Below, in pieces: positions 46,049 through 56,331 of a stretch of DNA of 56,447 nt. Each line of letters begins with the position of its first letter. The first letter of the stretch is position 1. The notes under the pieces were generated by a model. That model made no database searches. It had not been told where the DNA came from and saw nothing but the letters and a program-made list of their open reading frames with translations. The translations under genes were made by a program, and so were the position numbers. The stretch comes from a virus (Duplodnaviria > Caudoviricetes), in the IMG/VR virus record IMGVR_UViG_3300034061_006146, positions 1-56,447 of that record. One strand, 5' to 3'.

Positions 46049-49000
46049 GTGGTAACATACACTCAACTTGCTGAGAGAAACGTAAGCTTTCAACTACTAA
46101 GAACTAATCCAAAGTTAACTACCAATATCAAGTTGACAGTTGACTCCGATGGAGGTTTGTGGTTAAATTCAATTAATGCAAATGAACAGCTTGCTGATCA
46201 GAAGTACAAGAGATTTGCAATAAATGAAAACTCAAGCCACGAAATCAATCTACATAGATTTTATGATAATGGAAAAACCCCAGCATCAATTGCATACCAA
46301 GTAGGTTCAACGATTGGCCGTAACGCTGTAGCAAAAGATCTTAAAGATCAGTTTGATTTTGATCTTTACACAAGTGGCGCAAAATACTTAACAAGCCGTC
46401 AATACGCTGAGAAATTTTCGTACTTTGCTCCGTTATACTTAGATCAAGTTGTTCCAACTAAATTCGTAATTTTCAAAATGCCCGGCCCTTCAAATTACAC
46501 AGCTGGACAAGGTAAAACTTTACAAACTATATCAGTTGAGGATTTTGCAACCGATGCCTTCAAACAAGCAACCATTGTCAAGGTTTTCGATTTAGGTAAA
46601 ACTTCAAAAATTGGTCAATACCTAGAGAACATGGTAAAAAATCCCATGTTCACCAGAAAACCAATGTACATTAATCATAAACTTGATGGATACTCATTAT
46701 ATCGAGGAGCATCAATTGCATCTGGTACATACGTTGAAATCCCTGAACAATTGAGTACAGTATTCAGCAGGTCCTTACCTCTATTAAAAATAGAGGAATT
46801 TGTGACTTTAGGGTATGAAAGAAACCGAATCGTTTACCCAAAAATACTAAATATTGAATTTTTGTTTGATGATGAGACTTCAAGCCCTTATGAATTTAAT
46901 AGATATTTTGGATTTTATTGTAATGACATTGATTTAGAAGAATTTGAAATTGATTTAGATCGAATGTATTCAGAGTCGTCTGAAAACGTAATCGCAGTAG
47001 AGGCAGTAGATCAACTCACATTATCTCCAAGCTCAACATTTAGTTTACAAGCAACTGGAACTAATTTAGACGATTTAGGAGTTTCAAATGTTTCATTCAG
47101 TGGATCTGGAAATATTGAGGTTACTGGAGTAACTTTTAGTGGTGGAGTTTTGACTATTACTGGAACATACACAAGCTTTCCTCAAGGAACTACTCTAACC
47201 ATTACAGCAGACCGTATAAATCCAATAATTTTTGAATATCGAAGTTCAACAATTAGTGATCCGTGGATAGAATTAGAAACATTAAATTTTAATCCATTAA
47301 CTAATGATCAACCGTTACCGGTTAAATATACACAGTCCGATGACATTTCTTTCATCCTAACTAATTCAACTGGTGTTAAATTAAATGGTAAAGGAATAAA
47401 TCAAGACCTTAGCGATATTAACCTAAATAGAACATCTACTGAGACTTTATTTTTTCCATATCTTAAAGGAAAGACTGGCGATCTTCATTTGATTAATCCA
47501 GAAGATTGGAATCAGGATGGATCTCTTGTAACATTTAAAATTGATGATGTCCGAATTGATCTAGGTACGTTATTCGGCCCAACCGATTTAATTTCTCAGC
47601 CCACTGCAGCCGTTTCAGATATTGATACTAGATCAACCGTTGCATTACAAATAGTTAATAAACCAAACCACCTAGATCGTCTTAGAATATATCACCCAAG
47701 TGGAAGCTGTTTTGATGTTAATGATATTGGTGGTCGATATGACGAGGTTATTTTTGTAAAATCGTATTTTACAGGCGGCCCATCTAGCTTACCTAGTTCT
47801 ACTGCGTACACCGTGTCGTATCCTGACATTCCTACTATAACCTTCTCAGCGACCGATCCAAATTCTGTCCCTCCTTCAAATACTCAATATTCTCCAGCAA
47901 CAATTGGAACACAATACATTTCGTCAATAAACAACAGTAAGTGGTATTTTAACGGAACTGAATACGTTGAAGGAGTATATGGTTCTAGAATATACGTAAA
48001 TGCTGATCTTGATATTAATCAAATAATTGAAGCTCTATATGGAGTAACCATTGAATTAAGAGATTCTTCAATACTTGCTGTTCCGAGTGAAATAGGTTTC
48101 TCATTCATACAGTCTCGTAAATTTGGAGATTCGTATGGTGAGTTAAAAATTAGAGTAATCTCAGCAAATCCAAATACATTTAAAATTAATGGGGAATCCA
48201 CTTCATCTACGGTATTTGCAGATGGAGGTTTCTTGGATAAACCTCATGCTCTAATTGATGTAGGTAATATTCAAAAGCTAACTCCGATATTAGACAATAT
48301 TGTAGTTAAGACCAATACTAATTGGTCAAAAATCAGTAGAGTAAGTAGAGTCTTTGATCTATTTAAAGTTGAGATAACTTCAGCTGGGATGGAAGAAGCA
48401 ATGAGCTACTTCAATAAGTATTCAACCATTGAATTAGTTGATGATGAAGTGGTTAACGTAATTTATGATAAAATCGAGATCCGAAAATTATACAAACCAA
48501 CAATCGGCGTATTATCTCTATTTGAGATAATGGATATTGACTTTTCAACTTACTCAACTAGATACTCAAGAAATTTATTACTTGACCTATACAAAGACGT
48601 GTACATTCCACCAAATGTTAACCTATTAGATTTCACAAAGTATACATATCAAATAATTGGTGACGGCGACATTGAGATAAATGGCGTATTATACGATATT
48701 GCATCGGTCGGGGCAGGCACAAGACCTCTAGTTTGGCAGAATACTCCAGAGATTTCAAAGTACACAGTCGTTAGAGGAGATGCTATTTTAATATACGGTA
48801 AGAAATTACCAAATACTACGCTTGATCCAACTAGCACAGCATATCCAGATAGATTAGATCTTCCGTACTACGATGGATCAAATGATCTAATTGACTATAG
48901 TGGTCCTTTTGCGCTTAAAGCAAATCACGCATACCAAAGTTCGCAAAACTTAACTTATCAAAATAGAGATCGATATTTACTAGGTAATGTATCAAGCGAA

Positions 49001-52000
49001 TACCATGTGTATTTAGAAAATTTCAATTCAGAGTACGCAACCGCAGGTAGAGTAATCCCATACATAACTAAATGGGGTCTAGAAGACTCAACTGATAGTC
49101 GAGATAATCCATATAGATTGAACTCAGATTTAATGTTCGGTAAAGATAACTTTGGTCCGTCTCATAGAGAATCTTCTCCAACTCCTGAAAAATTAACGCA
49201 TGAATGGTTCTATATTGAATCAGATTTTGGGTATACAATTGACCCAAAACTAGCCAGACATAATTTTTCGTATTTTGATTCTCCGTTAGACATCAATCAA
49301 TTAATAAACTCTAATCAATATTTTGAGACATATTTTACATACATTCCTAAAGTTAATGGAATGGAAGTAGACAGACCTCAATTTAGATATTCTATATTGA
49401 ATAAAAATAAGTTCACTAAACAATATGAAACCTTGTTTAAGGGAGCAATGTTTAGATTTTATGAAATAGATGATTTTGGAAATTCCGTAATTGATACTAA
49501 TCGATTTGAGGATTATAAATTTAGCGTATTGCTAAAGCCAGTAAAAGAAGTACCGTCAATAACTAGACAACCGATTAAGTATCGAGTGATTGAGAACACG
49601 ACTGCTAAAACAATAACAGTCCTAATAGAAGTTGCAGTAGGCCATAAAGATCAGCTTAGCCCAATTTTATTACAATCGAACTGGTCAACTCCAACCAATG
49701 ATTTAATAGATCAAACTACTGTATTTAGAAATTCAATCCGCTCTCCAAAAACCCAGTATTCGATTGATACGACAATTACTGTTTCAAGCATAACGACCTA
49801 TCTGAATTTAATAAACGGCATGACTCTTGTTCCAGCTGACCTTGGAAAAACTGTGCATATTATTTATGCTCCAGTAATCTCTCCGTCTAGCTCGCCAATG
49901 CCTCTGTACTCAACCATCATTGCGTCAGAGGGATCTCCAGTATATGAAGATGTAAACAATGGACTGATTGTGACTGGTGATAGATTAGGGGAACGAGTAT
50001 ACGCAAATGTTTCGCAAGCAATTTCAATACCGCTTAACCAAGGAACTTATCCATGCGTTAAAATCCAGTCAGCTTTTCAAGACAGCTGGACGTTAGATAC
50101 TTCCAGTGCTGGTGTTGGCGAAATTACACCAAGTGCAGCTTTTACCAGTGCTTTAAATGGCGGAACTTTAAATATTAGTCAAATATCGGCTTCTACTTCT
50201 CCATATTTTGTGGATGGAGCAATAGACCATAGCTATAAACTTTCCCAAATTTTACAAGCAGGTAATGAATTTAGCATCATATATGGAATCACAAATATTA
50301 GCATAGAGGAAGCAAAATACACAGTCGCTTCCGCAATCAGTTATTCCAGCGGAGTATTCACAATACCGGTTTCGTATTCGAGCGGTGGAGTATTCACTCC
50401 ATTATCAACGGGTGCATCCGTTATTTTTAAATCAAATTGGGTTATTTCAAATCCAGATGACTCAGAGTCAGTTGCAACCAATACATTTTCAATAGAAAAT
50501 AATACTGCCTACTATGATTCAATGTTTGGAGATTATCGAATACAGTTTACCGATGTTTCTAACATGACTCACTCTTTTTTATATTTTGCAAAACACAAGA
50601 AATATAATAACAAAGCAGCAGCGTACTCAACTATTAAACTATCAAGAGGCGTTGACCTATCAGCTAGCGGTATTTCATTAGATCCTTTAACCTTTCAGCC
50701 TGTTTCCATTGAGACTAAAAGGCTACAGGGGCTAGTCGACTATGATTCAACTGCCGACTCGGAAATATCTCAATCAAATATAGGATTTTCACCATTTTAT
50801 GTCATTAAACCTGGCGTCAAAAATATTCTATTACAAATTGACTCAGCAAGTTCAATAACTCCAACTAACTTGTCTAACTCTGCTCTTGTTGAAGACGGTA
50901 TACTTGGAGCAAATCAAAACCTAATCTCTCTAACTCAGAATGCATCACAAGATTTTAATCTAGTCATTCCATCGACGGTTAACCTTGGAGATACTGTTTC
51001 ATTTTCTTATTCTGGAGCCGGAGTACCTAACGGAACTTCTGCAACTTGGATAGACCAGGCTCAACATTTCCAACTATTTGGAGGAGTTAACTATTTTGAA
51101 AAACTATTCGGAAATCTTTCATTTGCAAAATTCGTTCAACTATTAGAACAATCGCAAGATATAATTAGTTGGGAATCGTATACTGATGGAATTAATTTAA
51201 GCGCTAAAAAGCTCTCAATTGAAGTTCTAGTAGCGGATGAAATTTCAAAATCAACAATTGTTAGAATTGACCCAGCGACAGTTCAGTCAGGTCAAATAAA
51301 TCAAACAGCTGGCGTAACTCTAAGTGAAGTTCCATCCCAATCGTATTCAGTGAATCGATATTCTGGAGAATATGATATTATCACCAGGCCTATTGCTGGA
51401 TTCAAATACAATTTTTCAATAAACGGCAATGATTTAACTAGTGCAAACGTATGTTTAAATCCACGAGTTGAAAATTTCTTTATATTGCCGGAGTTTGAAT
51501 TTGTAAAGTATTCAAAAACATCAATTCTTGATCTTGAGAATAGTCAGAACTATTCAGCCGAATATCCGCTAATTGGCGAAACTCCAATCGACCGAACTTC
51601 ATTAAATATCCTATCCTCAAGTTGGGATTATAATTATCATTTTGAATATTCAACAAAAACTAATTTTGCAAGAATTCCTGGGAGCCGTAGAGTCACCGAA
51701 GACTATTCATTTGTTTCTAAATTAATTAATGTTCCAATGAATTTTACGATTGAAGACTTTACCGTTGTTGAAGTAAGCAATGCAAATTTCATAACATCAA
51801 TTGCGTCTGAGGCCAATCTTGTGTACTCAATTTTTACAAATGAAGTTAGGTTTAAATTAAACATCTCTGACCTAATTACTAAACACCTATCAAATAATGG
51901 TCTTAGAGCCCAATTTCAAAAGTTCTTTAAGGACGAGTTTGGTAGCTTAATAACCTCAAGCGTAGAATTCTTTGGAGACTTAACTTTTGAACAATATCTT

Positions 52001-52261
52001 GCACAATACTGTGATACCAACTTAACTAAGTTATATTCAATTGAGGCATTTGAGTTCTATTCACTAAACGATAGTATAATACCTAATAACTTAGTAAACT
52101 TCACCCAAGTAGAGTATGACGTATTGGGAGATCTAGGATATAGCTTAATTAGAAATGTCAAAATAAATAATACCAAATCGAACCTAGTTGAGGGATCTAT
52201 TTTGATAAAACCTAATACGGGTGTAAAAATCGTACCAAAAATAAAAATTAAATTCATTTAA
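46049..52261 (+). CDS. Very large putative virion protein (2070 aa)
   Basis: Uninterrupted ORF with GTG start in the late cluster; TAATG overlap with the next gene. Confidence 0.65.
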   Translation: MVTYTQLAERNVSFQLLRTNPKLTTNIKLTVDSDGGLWLNSINANEQLADQKYKRFAINENSSHEINLHRFYDNGKTPASIAYQVGSTIGRNAVAKDLKDQFDFDLYTSGAKYLTSRQYAEKFSYFAPLYLDQVVPTKFVIFKMPGPSNYTAGQGKTLQTISVEDFATDAFKQATIVKVFDLGKTSKIGQYLENMVKNPMFTRKPMYINHKLDGYSLYRGASIASGTYVEIPEQLSTVFSRSLPLLKIEEFVTLGYERNRIVYPKILNIEFLFDDETSSPYEFNRYFGFYCNDIDLEEFEIDLDRMYSESSENVIAVEAVDQLTLSPSSTFSLQATGTNLDDLGVSNVSFSGSGNIEVTGVTFSGGVLTITGTYTSFPQGTTLTITADRINPIIFEYRSSTISDPWIELETLNFNPLTNDQPLPVKYTQSDDISFILTNSTGVKLNGKGINQDLSDINLNRTSTETLFFPYLKGKTGDLHLINPEDWNQDGSLVTFKIDDVRIDLGTLFGPTDLISQPTAAVSDIDTRSTVALQIVNKPNHLDRLRIYHPSGSCFDVNDIGGRYDEVIFVKSYFTGGPSSLPSSTAYTVSYPDIPTITFSATDPNSVPPSNTQYSPATIGTQYISSINNSKWYFNGTEYVEGVYGSRIYVNADLDINQIIEALYGVTIELRDSSILAVPSEIGFSFIQSRKFGDSYGELKIRVISANPNTFKINGESTSSTVFADGGFLDKPHALIDVGNIQKLTPILDNIVVKTNTNWSKISRVSRVFDLFKVEITSAGMEEAMSYFNKYSTIELVDDEVVNVIYDKIEIRKLYKPTIGVLSLFEIMDIDFSTYSTRYSRNLLLDLYKDVYIPPNVNLLDFTKYTYQIIGDGDIEINGVLYDIASVGAGTRPLVWQNTPEISKYTVVRGDAILIYGKKLPNTTLDPTSTAYPDRLDLPYYDGSNDLIDYSGPFALKANHAYQSSQNLTYQNRDRYLLGNVSSEYHVYLENFNSEYATAGRVIPYITKWGLEDSTDSRDNPYRLNSDLMFGKDNFGPSHRESSPTPEKLTHEWFYIESDFGYTIDPKLARHNFSYFDSPLDINQLINSNQYFETYFTYIPKVNGMEVDRPQFRYSILNKNKFTKQYETLFKGAMFRFYEIDDFGNSVIDTNRFEDYKFSVLLKPVKEVPSITRQPIKYRVIENTTAKTITVLIEVAVGHKDQLSPILLQSNWSTPTNDLIDQTTVFRNSIRSPKTQYSIDTTITVSSITTYLNLINGMTLVPADLGKTVHIIYAPVISPSSSPMPLYSTIIASEGSPVYEDVNNGLIVTGDRLGERVYANVSQAISIPLNQGTYPCVKIQSAFQDSWTLDTSSAGVGEITPSAAFTSALNGGTLNISQISASTSPYFVDGAIDHSYKLSQILQAGNEFSIIYGITNISIEEAKYTVASAISYSSGVFTIPVSYSSGGVFTPLSTGASVIFKSNWVISNPDDSESVATNTFSIENNTAYYDSMFGDYRIQFTDVSNMTHSFLYFAKHKKYNNKAAAYSTIKLSRGVDLSASGISLDPLTFQPVSIETKRLQGLVDYDSTADSEISQSNIGFSPFYVIKPGVKNILLQIDSASSITPTNLSNSALVEDGILGANQNLISLTQNASQDFNLVIPSTVNLGDTVSFSYSGAGVPNGTSATWIDQAQHFQLFGGVNYFEKLFGNLSFAKFVQLLEQSQDIISWESYTDGINLSAKKLSIEVLVADEISKSTIVRIDPATVQSGQINQTAGVTLSEVPSQSYSVNRYSGEYDIITRPIAGFKYNFSINGNDLTSANVCLNPRVENFFILPEFEFVKYSKTSILDLENSQNYSAEYPLIGETPIDRTSLNILSSSWDYNYHFEYSTKTNFARIPGSRRVTEDYSFVSKLINVPMNFTIEDFTVVEVSNANFITSIASEANLVYSIFTNEVRFKLNISDLITKHLSNNGLRAQFQKFFKDEFGSLITSSVEFFGDLTFEQYLAQYCDTNLTKLYSIEAFEFYSLNDSIIPNNLVNFTQVEYDVLGDLGYSLIRNVKINNTKSNLVEGSILIKPNTGVKIVPKIKIKFI

Positions 52262-55140
52262 TGGCAGTCATTATAAATTTAAAGGAGATATTCGCAACCG
52301 ATAGCCAAGTTGAGGTCTCAAGCAAAGTAAACTTCAACTTTAACCAGTTGATTGCGCTTGGCATAGGTCAAGCTGGCCCAACCGGTTCAATCGGCCCAAT
52401 CGGCCCAGCTGGTCCAATCGGCCCAATCGGCCCAGCCGGTCCAATCGGCTCGACCATTTACGGTACTACTCCAGCGACTGCTGCAGCCAGCATACCTTCT
52501 GGGGTTCCTACCGGACTTTCAAATGGAGATATTCTAATAACCGCAGATAAAGTTCTTAAGAAGGTTGCTACTAGCGGTTCAAATATTTATGGTTGGGATG
52601 TATTGACCGACTTTAACGTACTAGTTCAATCCGCTCTCGGTACAAATATTTCTCCGTATGTTAGACTTGGATCAACTTCAAGGATTGTAAAACCTAGAGT
52701 AACTGCTGGATTGGATCTAACCAATAGCAGCACAACCGGTGATCCAAACGTTGCGATTTCTGGCCTTGGAAATAATTACCAAACGATTCTTTATAATTTT
52801 AATGAATTAAAGACAAGATCGCTTGCGATTGTAGGTTCAAGCATTGCAGCTCCTTCAAATTCCTCAACTGAATTATCTTTCAATGCAAGCAGTTCCGCTG
52901 TAGTCGGTTTAACCTCTAACACGATCACCATATCGGCAGGTCACGGACTCTCTACTGGACAATTCGTAACCTACTCCAATGAGGGAGGTACTTCAATCGG
53001 AGGTTTGACCAATAATGGAGGATATTACGTATATGCTGCAAGCTCAACAGTCTTTTCCCTTTGTGAAACTTCTGCCCAGTCAATTGCAGGTACTCCGGTA
53101 ATTGATTTGACAGGCTTAGGAAATTCAGGAACTCCTCATAAATTCATAACTTACCCAGCTGCAATTGAAGGAATTTTTCCGCAAACTGCAAACCTTTCAC
53201 TATATTCATTTTACAATAATACTGCAACACCAGCCAAGGAATTTGAAACAAGCTCAACCGCCAAGGGATATCGAGGTCAATTAGAATTAGGATCTCTCGA
53301 TACGCTACCGACTGCTTATCCTGGAGTAACTGCTCAAAACTTCGTAATTAGTCCAAGTTTTGAAAATCTACGAATCCGAAAGTACAGAATCGGAGGATTC
53401 ACAATAAGTGGAGGATCTGCTTCAAATCCTGGAAATTACATGCTTAGAGCAGAATACGATATTTCATCGACCGGTTCTGAAGTGACTGAATCATTTGCTC
53501 CAAGACGAAATAGCGAACACGTATGGAAGATCAATAAAGCTGGAGTCAGCCAGGCATTCGGTCGAACTCTTGAAATGAAGTTCACAAATAGTTTCATACT
53601 TGATAATACTGAATCTACCTCAATTGAAATAGACGGAATCTTTTTGAAGCGCGGTACCGTATTTAGTGGGTCAAGCTCATTAGCGTATGTAGGATTCGGT
53701 TTCGATCACACAGACTCAAATAAAGTCAAACTAGTGGTAGACGGAGTTACGTTTCTTGAATTACAAAGTACGAATATTAATTTAGCTGCAACCAGAGTTA
53801 ATGCGCTAGGTGTTCCGCTGGGTGGTGTAAACGACAATCGTGTATACATTTCAAAAAATCCAGCAGCTGGAACAAATACGATTGATGAGCAAAGCGGCTA
53901 CTTATTGACTTTCAGAAGTATTTCAACTTCATCAGATCCGATTGAAGGAACTCGATTCGGTGGAATATCTGCGCAAAAGAATTTTAACGGAACTCCATCA
54001 AGTCCAATTCTTCCTAACACAACTGATCTTGCTGGTGTAATACTTGAAGTGGACGCAGGTTACGAGTTGAATCCAGGTGGACTAAGCTTAATTGGAGTGA
54101 ACGAGGCAACTAGAGTTGCTTTCCATGTTAGCCGGTTTACTTTAGGGTCCGAGCGTAGAGCCTATATCAACTCTAGTGGAAGTTTAATATTCGATTGGGA
54201 TGATGCAAAGACTAGTAGTTCTCAGCGTAATGTGCTTATTGCTCCAAGAACCGTAACTAACCCATTAGATACAGTCGGCGTAACCATTAGACTATACGGA
54301 GGAGCTGGATTACAAGGATTCGCTGCATCAGTTGGAGGAAAGGTTAGCATTGCCGGTGGAAACGGTCGTTCATTTGGCTTTGATGTTGGAACCAAAGGAA
54401 ACGTGTACTTACAATCAGTCACATCAGGCGATGGCGATTACAAGAATGCGTATGGCGTATTTGTTGGAGCCCCGGAATCAGCTACTTCGCCTGCATCATT
54501 CACCGTTTATCCAAACGCAAACTCATTCGGTCCATTCGCTGCAAATACTGAAACTGTTAGAGTATTAGACACAACCAATACTCCAAGATTCACATTAGAT
54601 AATAACGGTGCAGCGACTTCGGGTTTAAGATTTCCGTCTTCTTTCATTTCAAGCGCAGACCTCAATACTCTGGATCGATACGCAGAGGGAGAGTGGGCAC
54701 CGCTCATTTCTGGTGATATTTCACATACCACTATTGCAAGCGGAGGCCAATGGACCAGAATCGGAAGAGACCTTCATGTACATGGTTGGATCAGGCAAAA
54801 CGGTAGTCCTGGTTTTGCTAACACCATTGCAGCTGGTAATCACATAGTAGTGTCAGGTCTTCCGGAAGGTGTAAGTTCTTTCAAACTTAATGATGCTAGG
54901 GTTGGAGTATGGACCGAAGTAAATAATGATTCTAGTTTAATGGAAACAACTCGTTTCTTTGGTTCAGGCAATGTAAGAACCGGAAACATAGTGCACAGTT
55001 ATCACCATAGCACGAGTGGATTAACTTCGTTTAAATTGTGGTTTGTTGGTTATGCAACCAGTACTCCGCAAGTAGACAATCCATTGGCTTTGAACCTCGG
55101 TACACGCACAATAACTTTCAGCCTAGTGTGGAAATTCTAA
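52261..55140 (+). CDS. Tail fibre / receptor-binding protein with collagen-like segment
   Basis: KVNFNFNQL shoulder, (G-X-Y)10, HGLSTGQFVTY...GGL....YYV module, and C-terminal NTLDRYAEGEWAP...WTRIGR (the LDDYEEGTWTP...YTKIG fibre-tip pattern). Confidence 0.75.
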   Translation: MAVIINLKEIFATDSQVEVSSKVNFNFNQLIALGIGQAGPTGSIGPIGPAGPIGPIGPAGPIGSTIYGTTPATAAASIPSGVPTGLSNGDILITADKVLKKVATSGSNIYGWDVLTDFNVLVQSALGTNISPYVRLGSTSRIVKPRVTAGLDLTNSSTTGDPNVAISGLGNNYQTILYNFNELKTRSLAIVGSSIAAPSNSSTELSFNASSSAVVGLTSNTITISAGHGLSTGQFVTYSNEGGTSIGGLTNNGGYYVYAASSTVFSLCETSAQSIAGTPVIDLTGLGNSGTPHKFITYPAAIEGIFPQTANLSLYSFYNNTATPAKEFETSSTAKGYRGQLELGSLDTLPTAYPGVTAQNFVISPSFENLRIRKYRIGGFTISGGSASNPGNYMLRAEYDISSTGSEVTESFAPRRNSEHVWKINKAGVSQAFGRTLEMKFTNSFILDNTESTSIEIDGIFLKRGTVFSGSSSLAYVGFGFDHTDSNKVKLVVDGVTFLELQSTNINLAATRVNALGVPLGGVNDNRVYISKNPAAGTNTIDEQSGYLLTFRSISTSSDPIEGTRFGGISAQKNFNGTPSSPILPNTTDLAGVILEVDAGYELNPGGLSLIGVNEATRVAFHVSRFTLGSERRAYINSSGSLIFDWDDAKTSSSQRNVLIAPRTVTNPLDTVGVTIRLYGGAGLQGFAASVGGKVSIAGGNGRSFGFDVGTKGNVYLQSVTSGDGDYKNAYGVFVGAPESATSPASFTVYPNANSFGPFAANTETVRVLDTTNTPRFTLDNNGAATSGLRFPSSFISSADLNTLDRYAEGEWAPLISGDISHTTIASGGQWTRIGRDLHVHGWIRQNGSPGFANTIAAGNHIVVSGLPEGVSSFKLNDARVGVWTEVNNDSSLMETTRFFGSGNVRTGNIVHSYHHSTSGLTSFKLWFVGYATSTPQVDNPLALNLGTRTITFSLVWKF
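52366..52455 (+). repeat. Collagen-like repeat, 10 G-X-Y triplets
   Basis: GQA GPT GSI GPI GPA GPI GPI GPA GPI GST, with near-perfect 27-bp DNA repeats. Confidence 0.9.
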
Positions 55141-55161
55141 AACACAAAAATAAAACAGCCA

Positions 55162-55476
55162 ATGAAACTGCAAGCACAAATTAAATTCATGAAGATCATT
55201 GATCTCGACGAAATGAAAATAGACACTGAACATCCAATAATCAATACTCAAGCAGAAATTGATTCAAGCGCGGATGATTACATCATGTCAACTCATTTGT
55301 TTGATCAAATCGATCCAATTTTGGACTCTCTTTTACCTGAAGGTTATGAGATCAAAGACCGTAAACTTTTAGTGAACGGGGAGATCGTTTGGCCTGGTGA
55401 ATATTTCTTGTCTATCATTGCCATATCTGAAGACACCAAGACTGAGTCAATTACTCTACTTATGCCTTTAGCTTAA
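55162..55476 (+). CDS. Hypothetical protein
   Basis: 104 aa acidic ORF after the fibre gene; its 3' end overlaps the convergent gene. Confidence 0.6.
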   Translation: MKLQAQIKFMKIIDLDEMKIDTEHPIINTQAEIDSSADDYIMSTHLFDQIDPILDSLLPEGYEIKDRKLLVNGEIVWPGEYFLSIIAISEDTKTESITLLMPLA

Positions 55477-56251
55477 ATGGAATAGCCTTCTTTTTTTCGA
55501 GCATTCGACTGTAATCCAGTAGAACATTAGGATCAAATCCATGGACGGGTTTCATGATACGATTGACTAGAATAATGTCTTTGGCTAGACAAATTCCGTC
55601 AGATAGAACAACATGATCCGTGCCTGAAACAACAATCACGTTTTGATCAGGATTAAAATCAGCCAGATTAGGCCTTGCCTCAAGCAGGCGATCCTTGAAT
55701 TCAGAATTCTTTAGTCCTGGTAAATCCAATACGGCCTTGCGAGTGATTGAATAGCCGAGACTACGTTTGCTCTTTAGGTTCAATCGATAAACCTCGTACC
55801 TGTCTAATTTAGTGGACTTACTCACAATATAGATCACGTCTTGCTTATGGATCTGATTATTATTTAGATGAAAATGAATGTGTTCTAAAACTGGAATCTG
55901 TTTATTTAGGTATGATGCCATTACTTCAGATAAGATTGACGAACATGCTCGAATGATATCCTTACCATTAGAGTCATCCGGCTGGGCCAATTGAGATACT
56001 ATTTCCATTAACTTTTCATGTGACCTGACCACATTCAAATGTGAATCGTACACCTTTTTATCAGCAATCACTGTGTTCAAATTTAGGTAATGAAAAACTA
56101 TTTCATAAAAGTTGGAAAAATCACTGTCTAAGTTAGTGAGATACTTCTGCTTCGCGTCCAAGAGGATGTACGTGTAATACTCTAGGTCAACAAAGTTAGC
56201 TTGACAGAGCCACATTGGGTCTAGAACAAGCTTGGGGTTTAAAGGCTTCAT
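55460..56251 (-). CDS. Hypothetical protein
   Basis: 263 aa preceded by a minus-strand ATAAATA box. Confidence 0.75.
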   Translation of the reverse strand: MKPLNPKLVLDPMWLCQANFVDLEYYTYILLDAKQKYLTNLDSDFSNFYEIVFHYLNLNTVIADKKVYDSHLNVVRSHEKLMEIVSQLAQPDDSNGKDIIRACSSILSEVMASYLNKQIPVLEHIHFHLNNNQIHKQDVIYIVSKSTKLDRYEVYRLNLKSKRSLGYSITRKAVLDLPGLKNSEFKDRLLEARPNLADFNPDQNVIVVSGTDHVVLSDGICLAKDIILVNRIMKPVHGFDPNVLLDYSRMLEKKKAIPFKLKA

Positions 56252-56272
56252 GTGTACCCCGATTTTTCTTAT

Positions 56273-56314
56273 TATTTATTTCACGGCTAAAACCTGAATC
56301 CGCTGCGATAAATA
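56273..56314. promoter_or_regulatory. Divergent late promoter boxes
   Basis: ATAAATA on minus at 56273-56279 and on plus at 56308-56314, each ahead of an ATG. Confidence 0.55.
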
Positions 56315-56331
56315 ACAAAAAGGATTTTTTA

